Positions 37,646 through 48,625 of a stretch of DNA of 64,000 nt are shown here, in pieces. A program made the position numbers and the translations under genes. Within the stretch, counting starts at the first letter, position 1. Each line of letters opens with the position of its first letter. The notes under the pieces were generated by a model. That model searched no databases and had not been told where the DNA came from. It saw only the letters and a list, made by a program, of their open reading frames with translations. This stretch comes from Calditrichota bacterium (GTDB lineage: Bacteria > Zhuqueibacterota > JdFR-76 > BMS3Abin05): the NCBI GenBank assembly GCA_013151735.1, contig JAADHR010000199.1:82091-146090 (forward strand), in the 5' to 3' direction.

Positions 37646-37975
37646 ATGCTCTCAATGGAACTTTCCACTGAAAAGCAGGGAGTTTACACAGCGGTCAACA
37701 TTGATGATACCCGAATTGATGTGCAAAATGCAACCCAGATCAGGACTTACCTGCTGAACCTAATTGCCGAGGGAAATCAGAACATTGTTGTCGATCTAAA
37801 ACATGTCACATTTATTGATAGTTCAGGGCTGGGTGCTTTGGTTTATGCCCTTCGGGAAGCGAAAATGAACGGCGGGGATGTCAAAATTTCCAATCTGAAG
37901 TCTCAGGTCCAATCCATATTTAAGGTTACCCGGTTAAACAAGATTTTCAATATCATTGACTTGCCTGAAGATTGA
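37646..37975 (+). CDS. STAS-domain anti-sigma factor antagonist (RsbV/SpoIIAA-like)
   Basis: IVVDLKHVTFIDSSGLGALV contains the phosphorylatable Ser. Confidence 0.93.
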   Translation: MLSMELSTEKQGVYTAVNIDDTRIDVQNATQIRTYLLNLIAEGNQNIVVDLKHVTFIDSSGLGALVYALREAKMNGGDVKISNLKSQVQSIFKVTRLNKIFNIIDLPED

Positions 37976-38412
37976 ATGTGTTGCCAATGGAAAAATTCAA
38001 GATAGATGTATCTTTTTCGGGGAAACGGGAAAATATTCGAATAGTCAGTATTGGAGTGCACGATTTACTCCAACAACTCTTGCCGAATCAGGAAAAATTT
38101 GTCCAGGATATGGAGCTGTGCCTGACCGAAGGCCTGTCGAATGTCCTGTTTCATGCCCATCAAAATGATTCAAGAAAAAAGATACGCTTTCAAATTATTA
38201 TTGAGAATGAATGCGTAACGATCCGGATTTTCGATTCTGGCCCTGGTTTTTTATTTGATCCCAAAACCGTGCAGCTCCCAGGGAGTGGTCAAAGCGGAGG
38301 GCGGGGACTCTTTATTATTTCACGGCTAATGGATGAGGTTGAGTATAAAATGAACCGGAAGATAAATTATTTGCAGATTACCAAACGCCTCAATAAGTGG
38401 AAGGAAGAATAG
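37972..38412 (+). CDS. anti-sigma factor Ser kinase (RsbW/SpoIIAB-like)
   Basis: ELCLTEGLSNVLFHA, IFDSGPGF and GGRGLFIISRLMDEVEY. Confidence 0.92.
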   Translation: MNVLPMEKFKIDVSFSGKRENIRIVSIGVHDLLQQLLPNQEKFVQDMELCLTEGLSNVLFHAHQNDSRKKIRFQIIIENECVTIRIFDSGPGFLFDPKTVQLPGSGQSGGRGLFIISRLMDEVEYKMNRKINYLQITKRLNKWKEE

Positions 38413-38421
38413 AGAGAAAAT

Positions 38422-40026
38422 ATGGCTCTGGATATCAAAATGGTTTTTGATGAGATTTTTCAACACAGGGAAACGGTTCGAGTGTTGAATTCGGTTTGTC
38501 GAATGAACCGCCTGTCTGCAAAAATTCTGAATACCCATGGTTCGGTTTTGTGGACCTTCCCCGAAAATGTGTCCGATGGTGATCCCGCCACATACCCGGT
38601 TACCTATCAGGATATCCTGCTTGGCGAATTACAGTTGCAACCCCAGACTGGAAAAACAAAACGAAAATCCTTATTGGATAAGGCGGCCGAAGCACTGCAC
38701 CAAATTCTTCAATTGTGCATGGCCAATGAGTATGAGCTTGAAAATTTATCAGAAGAAATTCTGGATAAGTATGAAGAAATCAATCTCCTGTTTGAAATGA
38801 GTGAATCGCTGGGGGCCATCTTCGAGCTTCAATTGATTTATGAAATTCTCCTGGATAAAATTGTTCAGGCACTGGATGTCAAAAAGGCCAGTATTCTCAG
38901 CTATGATGAAACCAATGATCGGCTTGTGCTGGAAGCTTCCCGCGGGCTGCCGAATGAAATTATTAAAATTGTTGTGCCGATTGAAGGAACCGTCAGCGGG
39001 TATGTGCTCAGGAGAGGGGCTCCGCTTCTTGTTGAGGATATTGGTCATTTGCCGCAAGAGATCCATCCGAATGTAGAGGGGAGATATTCCAGCTTCGGAT
39101 TTATTTCCGTTCCTATGCTGTGTTCGCCCGTAAAGGTAAGGGATAAACGAATAGGGGTTATCAATGTAACGGATCGACGGGATGGCCGCCCGTTCTCCAC
39201 GAATGATTTAATGCTTTTAAACAGTATTTCCTCCATTGCCGCAATATCCATTTATAATGCCCATCTTATTGAGGAACTAAAAGATACCGAGCGCGTTCAC
39301 CGGGAACTGGAAATCGCCGAAACCATCCAGATGAGTTTGTTGCCGTCACAGCCGCCATCCGTTGCCGGACTGGATATTTACGGGGATTGTAAAACGGCCA
39401 AAAATGTGGGGGGGGATTATTTTGATTATTTCAAGAATGAACAGGGCTGTGTAGACATGATTATTGCCGATGTCTCCGGGCACAGCATCGGATCGGCTCT
39501 GATGATGGCCATTTCCAGAAGCGTGATGCGATCGGTTATTCAACAGGAACATTCAGTGGCCGACATTTTGAAGCAAACCAACCACCTTCTTTTCCCGGAT
39601 TTGGATCGTGCGGGCCTGTTTATTTCCTTGTTTTTGGGGCGGTACAATCCGCAAACCCGCTGGTTTAGTTATGGAAATGCCGGACATCCTCCCCTGTTGG
39701 TTTACAAAGCGGCCACCAAAGAGGTTATTGAGTTGGATGCCGAGGGAATGATCATCGGCATTCTGGATCAAATGGATTTTGAAGAAAAGAACATACGTTT
39801 GGATGTGGGAGATATCATCGTTTTTTATACAGACGGAATTATGGAAGCGGTCAATCCGTACAAGGAGCAATTTGGCCTGGATCGTCTTGCAGAAATTATC
39901 AAGATCTTCCACGATGAATCAGCCAGAGATATCGTCCATAATCTTTATAATCAACTGGATATCTTTGTAAATCGAAAAGAACAGGAAGATGATGTGACCG
40001 TTATCGTTGCCAAAGTGACCGAATGA
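38422..40026 (+). CDS. GAF-containing PP2C/SpoIIE phosphatase (RsbU-like)
   Basis: GAF domain, then VGGDYFD, IADVSGHS, FYTDGIMEA and DDVTVI. Confidence 0.93.
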   Translation: MALDIKMVFDEIFQHRETVRVLNSVCRMNRLSAKILNTHGSVLWTFPENVSDGDPATYPVTYQDILLGELQLQPQTGKTKRKSLLDKAAEALHQILQLCMANEYELENLSEEILDKYEEINLLFEMSESLGAIFELQLIYEILLDKIVQALDVKKASILSYDETNDRLVLEASRGLPNEIIKIVVPIEGTVSGYVLRRGAPLLVEDIGHLPQEIHPNVEGRYSSFGFISVPMLCSPVKVRDKRIGVINVTDRRDGRPFSTNDLMLLNSISSIAAISIYNAHLIEELKDTERVHRELEIAETIQMSLLPSQPPSVAGLDIYGDCKTAKNVGGDYFDYFKNEQGCVDMIIADVSGHSIGSALMMAISRSVMRSVIQQEHSVADILKQTNHLLFPDLDRAGLFISLFLGRYNPQTRWFSYGNAGHPPLLVYKAATKEVIELDAEGMIIGILDQMDFEEKNIRLDVGDIIVFYTDGIMEAVNPYKEQFGLDRLAEIIKIFHDESARDIVHNLYNQLDIFVNRKEQEDDVTVIVAKVTE

Positions 40027-40037
40027 GAGAGGAGAAA

Positions 40038-40562
40038 ATGCTCAGCAACCGATCAGACGCCATACTTGAACAGATTTCCCGGACAAACAAGTCCGATTCC
40101 AAGGCATTGAGTCAGCCGAAAGATGCCTATATTGCGTTTCGCATTTTCAATGAATACTTTGCGCTCCCCATCCAGAATGTGCGCTATTCCATGCCCATTG
40201 GAAAAATCACCCCCGTTCCGGATGTTCCGCGATTTTTGCTGGGCATTACAAACGTTATGGGCGAGATTATTTCGGTGGTAGACATATTCGACTTTATTTT
40301 TCAAAAGCCCCTTCCACTGGATCAGCAAAAGTGTTTTTTATTGCTGATTAAATGGAAAGACATTGATACAAGTTTTGTGGTGTCCGATCTCATGGATATG
40401 CTTTTGTTCGAAAAGTCTGAAATTCAATCCGATCTGCTTCCGCTGAGTAAGGAAAAAAGACGCTATTTTGTTGGGGGGGCATTTTGGGAGGGAAAAATTA
40501 TTGGCGTTTTGAATCTTGAAAATATTTTGGCATCAGAAAGAATGCGGTTTGGTGAAGATTAG
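40038..40562 (+). CDS. cheW: CheW adaptor
   Basis: ITPVPDVPRFLLGITNVMGEIISVVD; RBS before ATG 40038 (ORF open from 40023). Confidence 0.88.
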   Translation: MLSNRSDAILEQISRTNKSDSKALSQPKDAYIAFRIFNEYFALPIQNVRYSMPIGKITPVPDVPRFLLGITNVMGEIISVVDIFDFIFQKPLPLDQQKCFLLLIKWKDIDTSFVVSDLMDMLLFEKSEIQSDLLPLSKEKRRYFVGGAFWEGKIIGVLNLENILASERMRFGED

Positions 40563-40688
40563 ATGGCGGACTATTTATTCCCCGGCATCTGCCGGTATCC
40601 GGGAAAGGGAGGAACACCCGTTACCCGTTTGGGTGAGGTTTGGACCGTTTGAGTTGGCTGCAAGTCATCAATAAGTGTGGAGTTTAAC

Positions 40689-42026
40689 ATGAGAAAGAGA
40701 TCGTTTAAACAGGAAATGGGGATGCTCCTGGGGATGAATCTGATCGGCTTTTTTGTTTTGGCCATTATTTACTGGACGGGTTATTACTATCTGTTCAACC
40801 ACAGCCATGAAGTAGCCAAGATTGGCTGGTTCTTGTTCCTGATGTTCATTTATATGGGATTTCAATATGCCCTCTTTCGAAAATATGTTGACCGAATTTT
40901 AATCCCTTTGCAGGATTTTTATCAGGTGCTCAGCAACATCCAAAAGGGAAACTATGATCTGATGCTTCAGGAATCAGATATCATTGAAATTAACGAATTG
41001 GCACAACTCATTAATGGAATGATTGCCTATTTCAATAATTTCATTAAGAATTTGCAGCGAATGGCCGTAGGGGACCTGGATATTCAATTTCAGGAAAATG
41101 GTGCTCTCAATCATTCGCTTGAGGCGGTGGTTGTAAATTACAAGGAGCTGTTGAATGGAATAAAAACTGCGATTCAGCAAATGAACGAGGCGGCAGAAGA
41201 GACCTCTTCGGCCACACAGCAATTGTCCAGCGGCATTAATGAACAGGCAAGTAGTGCCAATGAGATGGATGCCTCTGTGGAGGAAATGTCGCAAACCGCT
41301 CAAAGCATTGCCAGTACCGCCGAGAAGCTTAAAGAATCGACCGATCAGGTTTATGGCCTGGTCGAAATAGGGCGGGCCATGCTGGAAAGTCACCGGAAAG
41401 AAATGGAACAGACAAAAGAAATTGCCAAAGAAAATCAAAAAACGGTGGCCGCCCTGATTGAAAATATCCGGAAAATCGAAGGGATTTTTCATCGGATTAC
41501 GGATATTGCCACGGAAACCAAAATGCTGTCACTGAATGCGTCTATTGAGGCTATCAAAGCGGGCGAAGAGGGTAAGGGATTCTCCGCCGTGGCGATTGAA
41601 ATTCGAAAATTGGCGGAAAATATTCTGCATTTTACAAATGAGGTTCATTCGGTTGTAACCATGACAAATAATTCCGTCAATGAAGTCAAAATAACATCGG
41701 GTAAAACGGAAAGCGAAATTGATCATATTTATCAGCAATCTATTGAGCTGGATGATCGGTTCGGAAAAATTGACGAGGAAACCAGTGAAATTGTGAAAGT
41801 GTCTCAATTCTTGTCGGAGGCGTCCAGTCAACAAAAAATTGCCACGCTGGAAATGACAAAAGCAATTCAGGAGGCGTCGGTCACACTAAAGGAATCGGCA
41901 AAAAGCGCTACAAGTATTGCAAATTCGATGCGACAGTTGCGGGATTTTATTGACCACTATACGGAAGAAGTGAATTCATATTTTATTAACAAAGGAAATG
42001 TGCACCATGAAATTATCCAAAATTAG
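40689..42026 (+). CDS. methyl-accepting chemotaxis protein (2 TM, HAMP)
   Basis: Two adjacent TM helices, HAMP, and signalling tip LSLNASIEAIKAGEEGKGFSAVAIEIRKLA. Confidence 0.9.
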   Translation: MRKRSFKQEMGMLLGMNLIGFFVLAIIYWTGYYYLFNHSHEVAKIGWFLFLMFIYMGFQYALFRKYVDRILIPLQDFYQVLSNIQKGNYDLMLQESDIIEINELAQLINGMIAYFNNFIKNLQRMAVGDLDIQFQENGALNHSLEAVVVNYKELLNGIKTAIQQMNEAAEETSSATQQLSSGINEQASSANEMDASVEEMSQTAQSIASTAEKLKESTDQVYGLVEIGRAMLESHRKEMEQTKEIAKENQKTVAALIENIRKIEGIFHRITDIATETKMLSLNASIEAIKAGEEGKGFSAVAIEIRKLAENILHFTNEVHSVVTMTNNSVNEVKITSGKTESEIDHIYQQSIELDDRFGKIDEETSEIVKVSQFLSEASSQQKIATLEMTKAIQEASVTLKESAKSATSIANSMRQLRDFIDHYTEEVNSYFINKGNVHHEIIQN

Positions 42027-44163
42027 CATTTATTTGTTAATTGAAATTGTTGCCGCCTATCTGGTCATTATTGTTGGGTTTGGCATTTCGCTTTTTTTGA
42101 GTAATTTGGCTTTCAGTCCCGAGCAGGTGGCTTTTTTTAAACGGCTGTATATGGACTTGGGGGGAATCGCCTTTTTACTGACGGTGGCGGTTCCGGTCTA
42201 TTTTATGGAATCCATTTTGAGGGAACTTCATCGATTAAAACACAAAGAAGGCACGGCCCTGGAAGAAAAATGGATCAAACGCATTACCCGCGGGCACTAT
42301 TTTATGGGATTTTTTGAATTCTTACTCCATTTTTCGGCCTATCTGATCGGCATTCTCTTTATGAAAATGGGACCGGGAATCAGCCAAATTCAAGTGTACC
42401 AGGCGGTTAGTGCTTCACTGGCCATCAGCATTACGTTTGCAATAATTATTACGCTGCTTTCAAAACGGGCCATTACCGCCGGCATTGCGTCCTCGAATTC
42501 TTTAACCAATCTTTTGGATGTGAGAGAAAGTATTTTCAAGAAACTGCTGACGCTCAATTCGGGATTCTTTTTGATTGTCGTTTTTGTGCTCGGTTTTATC
42601 AATCTGTCCAGCAATTTTAAAATTCTGAAAAAGAATCAAATGGACGAAATCCTAATGACTGATCACAACCTGAGCGCCTTTTTCGACACACTCGATCTCG
42701 AAAATTTGTCCGATTTGTCGCGTGCCAAAACATATCTTACCCGGTTTTTTCGCTCCCAGTTCAAGGAATTTCTTTTGGTGGGGCCGTCCGGAAAGGTTCT
42801 GGGTTCCAGTCAGGATACGAATCCTTTGAAAGAAATTCCTTTTTCCGAATTGCAGAAGAAATCCTTTCTCAATTATAAAAGTACCGGGCTTTCCTATTAT
42901 CCCGATTATCCCAACAGCAAAATCTACCTTTGGAAGCCGGTGGATGGCGGAAGCGTATTTTTTGTTTCCGTTATTCACGAAGATATTATCGGTTCTCTTC
43001 TCATTTCGAATTTTCTTCATCAAGCCTGGATTTACATCGGAATTATTTTGTTAGGCCTTCTTCTGCTAAGCTACATGGCGTATGACCTCATTCAGCCTAT
43101 TCGAAATATTATTAATAAGGCAACAAGGATTTCTGAAGGGGATTTGACCCAGCCCGTGCCGATCGAAACCTGGGATGAATTACTCCTGCTGGCCCGTGCG
43201 TTTGAAAACATTCGTGTGAGTTTCCAAAAGATCACCAGTCGGATTCGGGGCTCGGCCGAAAAAATGCAGGATATTTCCGATTCGATCGCAGAAGCGACCA
43301 ATCAGGAGGCTTCTGCCGTTGTGGAATATGCCTCTTCCGTCAACGAGGTACTGGCCACATTGGAGGAATTGGCCCAAACCAGCAAGAAGGTTTCAGACAG
43401 CGCAGCTGGTGTTTCCGGTTTAACGGAAAAGAACCTGCAAAAGGTTGAAGACAGTAACCAGATCATTCAGGAATATTTTCAGCAATCTCAGCAAATTGAA
43501 GATCAATTTGAAAAAAATGTCCGACAGATGAAGGAGCTGAACAAAAAGATTCAGGACATCTCCCGCATATTGGAATTAATCGAAAATATTTCGGGAGAAA
43601 CAAAAATCCTTTCCATTAATGCCTCAATCGAGTCCGCCAGAAGCGGTGACAATGGCAGAGGATTTGGTGTAGTGGCTTCTGAGATTCGAAAACTTACGGA
43701 TCGGGTGGTCAACTCCACATCAACCATTCGGCAGTATATTCGTGAGGTACAAAATTTATCGGACGAAACAATGTCCATTACACAAAAAACCTGGGAGGGA
43801 TTGCAAAAACAACTGGGATCCATTGAAATTATCCGCGATTCGTTTGATGAAATTCTTCAACACACGGAAAATGTTTCGGAGGTCGCCAATCATATCTCGG
43901 AAAGCATTCAACAGCAGTCGATCGCAACACATCAGGTCAGAAATACCATGGAGGAAATTTCACAGGTGATACGGGATTCTTCGGAAATGATTCAGCGAAC
44001 GAAAAATCAGGTACAGGATTTCAACATCCTTTCAACGGAATTTCTTAACCTGGTTGCGGTTTTTAAATTTAACCAGGAGGACCCCTCCCGTTCACGTCAA
44101 CAAGAGTCCAGACCAACCCCGCAGATTCCAGAAACCCTTTTGGATGAGGTGTATAACTCATGA
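42007..44163 (+). CDS. methyl-accepting chemotaxis protein (multi-TM)
   Basis: Several N-terminal TM helices, HAMP (RISEGDLTQPV...DELLLLARAF), and tip LSINASIESARSGDNGRGFGVVASEIRKL. Confidence 0.92.
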   Translation: MKLSKISIYLLIEIVAAYLVIIVGFGISLFLSNLAFSPEQVAFFKRLYMDLGGIAFLLTVAVPVYFMESILRELHRLKHKEGTALEEKWIKRITRGHYFMGFFEFLLHFSAYLIGILFMKMGPGISQIQVYQAVSASLAISITFAIIITLLSKRAITAGIASSNSLTNLLDVRESIFKKLLTLNSGFFLIVVFVLGFINLSSNFKILKKNQMDEILMTDHNLSAFFDTLDLENLSDLSRAKTYLTRFFRSQFKEFLLVGPSGKVLGSSQDTNPLKEIPFSELQKKSFLNYKSTGLSYYPDYPNSKIYLWKPVDGGSVFFVSVIHEDIIGSLLISNFLHQAWIYIGIILLGLLLLSYMAYDLIQPIRNIINKATRISEGDLTQPVPIETWDELLLLARAFENIRVSFQKITSRIRGSAEKMQDISDSIAEATNQEASAVVEYASSVNEVLATLEELAQTSKKVSDSAAGVSGLTEKNLQKVEDSNQIIQEYFQQSQQIEDQFEKNVRQMKELNKKIQDISRILELIENISGETKILSINASIESARSGDNGRGFGVVASEIRKLTDRVVNSTSTIRQYIREVQNLSDETMSITQKTWEGLQKQLGSIEIIRDSFDEILQHTENVSEVANHISESIQQQSIATHQVRNTMEEISQVIRDSSEMIQRTKNQVQDFNILSTEFLNLVAVFKFNQEDPSRSRQQESRPTPQIPETLLDEVYNS

Positions 44164-46451
44164 TTTTCAGACTGGATAGCAACGAATTCGACTGGTCAGA
44201 ATTGCTGCCGAGTTTTATTGAATCGGCAGAAGAAAACTTATCCTTTCTCGCCGAAGACCTGATGAATCTGGATGAGGACAATAAAAACTCTGACCTGTTT
44301 GAAGATATTTACCGCCGCGCCCACAATTTGAAAGGCTCTGCCTACACAATCGGATTCAAAGACCTGGGAGATCTGGCGCACAGCATGGAAAATATACTAA
44401 AAGCCTATTTTCAGGGGGAACGAACGCCGTCTTCACAGGACATTGACCTGCTTATGAGGGGGCTGGATAAATTAAAAGAGATGCTCGATGAGCTGAAGAA
44501 AAAGGGTTGGGTGGATGACCACAAGGAAGAAATTTTGGAATTGGAAAGCCAATTTGATGCCTGCCTGCAATCTGCAGGGAACGAGAACTCTGAAAGGAAT
44601 ACGGCAAAATCGTCCCCCGCAGGTGCTTCGGGCGTATCCAAAAAATCGAAAAATGGAACAGCTTCATCCATTCATCAACCGGAGATTTTGTTTGATTCTG
44701 TACGGGTCAAAACGGTCTATCTGGAAAAAATCATGAATTTGCTGGGCGAACTGGTCATCTTAAAAAATTCCCGATCGGATGATACCAAACACCTGGCAAA
44801 CAGCAAGAAGATAATGAGGGATTTTTTTGCCGAATTTTTGCATTTTCAGGAAAAACACAATCCTGTGCAGGAGTCCGGGGCCTGTTTGGGGGACAAAAGA
44901 CAGATGCAAATTCTTGCCAAAAAAGGCAGTGACGTTCTGAAAACAATGGATACCCTCTTTGAGAGGATTGTAGAAAATTTCGATCGCTTCAGCAATTTGC
45001 TGGACCAGCTTCAGAACAATGTGGTCAATATTCGAATGGTCCCCTTTTCCATTATTTTTCGGGGATTTCAACGAACGATTCGTGATTTGGCCAAAGAATT
45101 TGGCAAAGAGATTCATTACGTGCAGGAAGGCGGAGAAACGCAGATTGACCGGGGGATTTTGGAGGGGTTGGTTGATCCTATGGTCCATCTTATCCGCAAT
45201 TCTATTGACCATGGTATTGAAACCGTGGACGAACGGAAGCGGGCCGGAAAACCCGAAAAAGGGATTATTCGCATTGCGGCCACCCAGGAAAACGGACAAA
45301 TCAGGGTTGTGATAGAGGATGACGGCCGCGGAATAGATAGTGAGCGAATCAAAGAAACGGCTTTGGCGAAAGGCCTGCTCACGCAGGAGCAGCTGGAGGC
45401 GATGACAGAAAAAGAAGCGCTGGATTTGATTTTTGAGTCGGGTTTTAGCACAAAGAAGGTGGCCAACCAGATTTCGGGGCGAGGAATCGGGATGAGTGTG
45501 GTTAAACAGAACATCTCGAAATTGAACGGAGATATTACCATTGAAACGGCCCCCGGCAAAGGAACAAAATTTATTTTGAGTCTGCCCCTTACCCTACTGA
45601 TTTCACGAGCCTTGCTGGTCAAAGTAAAGGAACACGTCTATGTGCTCCCAACATCTTTTGTCAAAAAGATTTTGACCTTTCAGCATTCCGACCTCATGTA
45701 CTTTTCCAGTTATCCGGTGATTCTGATAGGAAAAGAGGCCATTCCGCTGGCATCCATTTATGAAATTCTGAATAATCAGAAGAATGGTTATTTTGATAAG
45801 CTTAATGCCCGTTATGAAGGGATTTTGGTCCAGGCAAATAATCAAAAGCTCATTCTCTGTGTGGATCAAATCCTGGAAGAACAGGGAATTGTGGCGAAAT
45901 CTTTGGGAACACATATTAAACACATTCCGAAAATTTCGGGTTCAACCGTCCTTGCCGACGGCAGCCTGGGGCTTATTCTGGATATTCCCGCCATTTTAAG
46001 AGCGCTGAAAGAGGATTTTCTTGAGTCCGGGTTGTCCGGAACGTTGATTCAGAAGAATCTTGAAGAAGAGAATCACCGCGCCGGGGGAAATCATATTCTT
46101 CTGGTGGAGGATGAACTGGCCACACAGCAACTGGAGAAATCCATTCTGGAAAGTGCGGGTTTTCATGTGGAGGTTGCCAATAATGGATTAGAAGCCCTGA
46201 GAAGACTTGAATCGAGTCCTGTGGATTTGGTGATTACGGACATTAATATGCCGGAAATGGACGGGCTTAATCTGACGAAGAGCATTCGAAGCAAGGATCA
46301 GTTTTCCCACCTGCCTGTTATTGTGGTGTCATCAATGGATAACCCGGAGGACAGGCAAAAGGGAATTTCGGTTGGAGCGGATGCCTATATTTCGAAGAAT
46401 CGATTTAGCAGGGGTGAATTGGTCGATGTTGTCAAATCATTTATGGAGTGA
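44160..46451 (+). CDS. cheA: hybrid CheA histidine kinase (Hpt-HATPase-CheW-REC)
   Basis: Hpt RRAHNLKGSA, HLIRNSIDHG, DDGRGID, SGRGIGM, a CheW domain and a C-terminal receiver (ITDINMPEMDG). Confidence 0.95.
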   Translation: MIFRLDSNEFDWSELLPSFIESAEENLSFLAEDLMNLDEDNKNSDLFEDIYRRAHNLKGSAYTIGFKDLGDLAHSMENILKAYFQGERTPSSQDIDLLMRGLDKLKEMLDELKKKGWVDDHKEEILELESQFDACLQSAGNENSERNTAKSSPAGASGVSKKSKNGTASSIHQPEILFDSVRVKTVYLEKIMNLLGELVILKNSRSDDTKHLANSKKIMRDFFAEFLHFQEKHNPVQESGACLGDKRQMQILAKKGSDVLKTMDTLFERIVENFDRFSNLLDQLQNNVVNIRMVPFSIIFRGFQRTIRDLAKEFGKEIHYVQEGGETQIDRGILEGLVDPMVHLIRNSIDHGIETVDERKRAGKPEKGIIRIAATQENGQIRVVIEDDGRGIDSERIKETALAKGLLTQEQLEAMTEKEALDLIFESGFSTKKVANQISGRGIGMSVVKQNISKLNGDITIETAPGKGTKFILSLPLTLLISRALLVKVKEHVYVLPTSFVKKILTFQHSDLMYFSSYPVILIGKEAIPLASIYEILNNQKNGYFDKLNARYEGILVQANNQKLILCVDQILEEQGIVAKSLGTHIKHIPKISGSTVLADGSLGLILDIPAILRALKEDFLESGLSGTLIQKNLEEENHRAGGNHILLVEDELATQQLEKSILESAGFHVEVANNGLEALRRLESSPVDLVITDINMPEMDGLNLTKSIRSKDQFSHLPVIVVSSMDNPEDRQKGISVGADAYISKNRFSRGELVDVVKSFME

Positions 46452-47095
46452 CCATGTCACGTTTATTGGACCAAAAGTTTCAGGAGATGGATGCGGCAAT
46501 TGAAAAACTAAATTCGGTTGTCAATTCATATTGTCTCATTGCCATTGGTTCCTCAACGGGGGGGCCAAAGGCGTTACGAACAATTTTTGAAAAATTGCCA
46601 TCCAATTTTCCCGTCCCGATTATTGTGGCACAGCACATGTCGCGCGGATTCATGAAGAATCTTGTTGAGCATATCAACAAAATTTGCTCCTTGCGCGCAT
46701 GTCTGGCGGAAACCGGAATGAAACTGGAAGCAGGTGCGATCTATTTTTCTCCTGACGACCAGCATGTGCGTGTAACCCGGAAAATGACTCTTGAACTGGT
46801 TCAGTTTGCGAATGGGAAATTATATGTTCCTTCGGTGGATGTGTTGTTTGAATCGGTGGCCGAATCTCTGGGAAAACGCGCCATCGGGATTATTTTAACG
46901 GGAATGGGAAATGACGGGGCCGCCGGTTTGCGCAAAATGGCCGATGTAGGGGCATTTACCATTGCCGAAAGTGAAGAAACATCTGTTGTTTTCGGAATGC
47001 CAAAGGTTGCCATTGAAAAAGGCGCAGCCCGCGAAGTTTTACCGATTTATGAAATTGCCAATCGAATTATTGAACTGACAGGACTTTCAAATTAG
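46448..47095 (+). CDS. cheB: CheB methylesterase without a receiver domain
   Basis: GSSTGGP, AQHM and TGMGNDGA form the catalytic triad; no N-terminal REC. Confidence 0.93.
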   Translation: MTMSRLLDQKFQEMDAAIEKLNSVVNSYCLIAIGSSTGGPKALRTIFEKLPSNFPVPIIVAQHMSRGFMKNLVEHINKICSLRACLAETGMKLEAGAIYFSPDDQHVRVTRKMTLELVQFANGKLYVPSVDVLFESVAESLGKRAIGIILTGMGNDGAAGLRKMADVGAFTIAESEETSVVFGMPKVAIEKGAAREVLPIYEIANRIIELTGLSN

Positions 47096-47108
47096 TGTGG
47101 TTAGAGGA

Positions 47109-48623
47109 ATGAACTCATCTGAATACGCAGTTTATAAACGGAAAATTTCAGACTTTATTCAGGAACACTATGCCATTCGAACGACGGATATGAATTTGCA
47201 CTCGCTGGACTATTTTATTTTGACGCGCCTGAAGGTGCTGGGAAAACCCATCTCAGAGTACTACGATTATCTTCTTCAAAATTATCATGAAAACGGAGAA
47301 GAAATCAGACTCTTTTTGGATGAAATAACCGTACAGGAAACCTATTTTTTCCGGGATCAAGGTCAATTTCAGGCACTTATCGAATATGTTTTGCCCGCAC
47401 TGATTGAGCAAAAGCGGAACAGGGACGAATCGCTTCGGATCTGGAGCGCCGGTTGTTCCACCGGCGAAGAGCCGTATACGATTGCCATTATTTTAAACGA
47501 ATATTTTCAAAATATTTTGGATTGGAATATTCTTATCCGAGCCACCGATGTGAATATGGTGGCGCTTCAGAAAGCCAAAAAAGGAGTGTACCGAAAACAC
47601 TCGTTTCGGGGCGTTTCGGAATCCATCAAATCCAAATATTTTTTTTCCGAAGGGAATTCCTATTTTTTAAAAGAATCCATTAAAACGATGGTCAGTTTTG
47701 ATTATTTTAATCTGGCCTCCGATACCTTTTTGCCCGTGGGCAGGGGGAATACATGGGATATTATTTTCTGCCGAAATGTTTTGATTTATTTCCATAAGGA
47801 ACGAATTAGGAGCCTGTTGAAACGGTTCCACAGAGCGCTTCATGAAAAGGGATTTTTATTTCTCGGGTTTTCAGAGAATATCTTTTCCTATTCAAGGGAT
47901 TTTGAGTCCGTTCATTATGAAAATAGTTTTTTTTACAAAAAGAAATTTCCGGGCAAAAAACCGGTTCGCGAGCCGAACCTTCGAAAATCATACCCGGAAC
48001 GCGCAAAGGGGCGGGCAACGGGACATGAAGGAGGCCGGCTTACCCATCGGGAATCCCGGAAGGGCAAAAAAACATTTGATGAGCAATTGGAAGTTATTAA
48101 GGGCCTCTTTTCCCTGGAAAAATACGAACAGGCACACCGGATGATGAGTGAAATTCGGATTGTTCCTCCGGAAAAGGAAATAGAATATCTGTTTTTAAAG
48201 GCCCGTATTTCGTCCAATTTGTCGAAATTGGACGAAGCCAATCATGCCATTAACCTTATTCTTTCGAAAAATGCGCTTGACAAAGAGGCCTATTTTCTAA
48301 AAGCCCTGATCCTTTTCCGGTCGAATAATGTGAACGGGTCGATTGAAAATTTCAAAAAGGTGTTATATGTTGATCCCGATTATGTGTTGGCACGGCTCTA
48401 TCTGGGAGATTTATACCGCATGAAAGACCGGTTCAAACTGGCTCAACGGGAATATCAAAATGCACTCATTACACTGGAAAAAAATCTACAGATCGATTTG
48501 GGGCCTTTTGCTGCGGGTTTTTCCTCGGAAATATTGGCTCAAACCTTTATCAACAAAATCAAAAGTCTCGAAAAATCACATGAAACATATGGAAACAGGC
48601 GGATGGCCGTTTCCGGGAGGTAA
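47109..48623 (+). CDS. cheR: CheR methyltransferase with C-terminal TPRs
   Basis: ETYFFRD, IWSAGCSTGEEPYTIA and DIIFCRNVLIYF, followed by TPRs (KVLYVDPDYVLARLYLG). Confidence 0.93.
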   Translation: MNSSEYAVYKRKISDFIQEHYAIRTTDMNLHSLDYFILTRLKVLGKPISEYYDYLLQNYHENGEEIRLFLDEITVQETYFFRDQGQFQALIEYVLPALIEQKRNRDESLRIWSAGCSTGEEPYTIAIILNEYFQNILDWNILIRATDVNMVALQKAKKGVYRKHSFRGVSESIKSKYFFSEGNSYFLKESIKTMVSFDYFNLASDTFLPVGRGNTWDIIFCRNVLIYFHKERIRSLLKRFHRALHEKGFLFLGFSENIFSYSRDFESVHYENSFFYKKKFPGKKPVREPNLRKSYPERAKGRATGHEGGRLTHRESRKGKKTFDEQLEVIKGLFSLEKYEQAHRMMSEIRIVPPEKEIEYLFLKARISSNLSKLDEANHAINLILSKNALDKEAYFLKALILFRSNNVNGSIENFKKVLYVDPDYVLARLYLGDLYRMKDRFKLAQREYQNALITLEKNLQIDLGPFAAGFSSEILAQTFINKIKSLEKSHETYGNRRMAVSGR

Positions 48624-48625
48624 AA

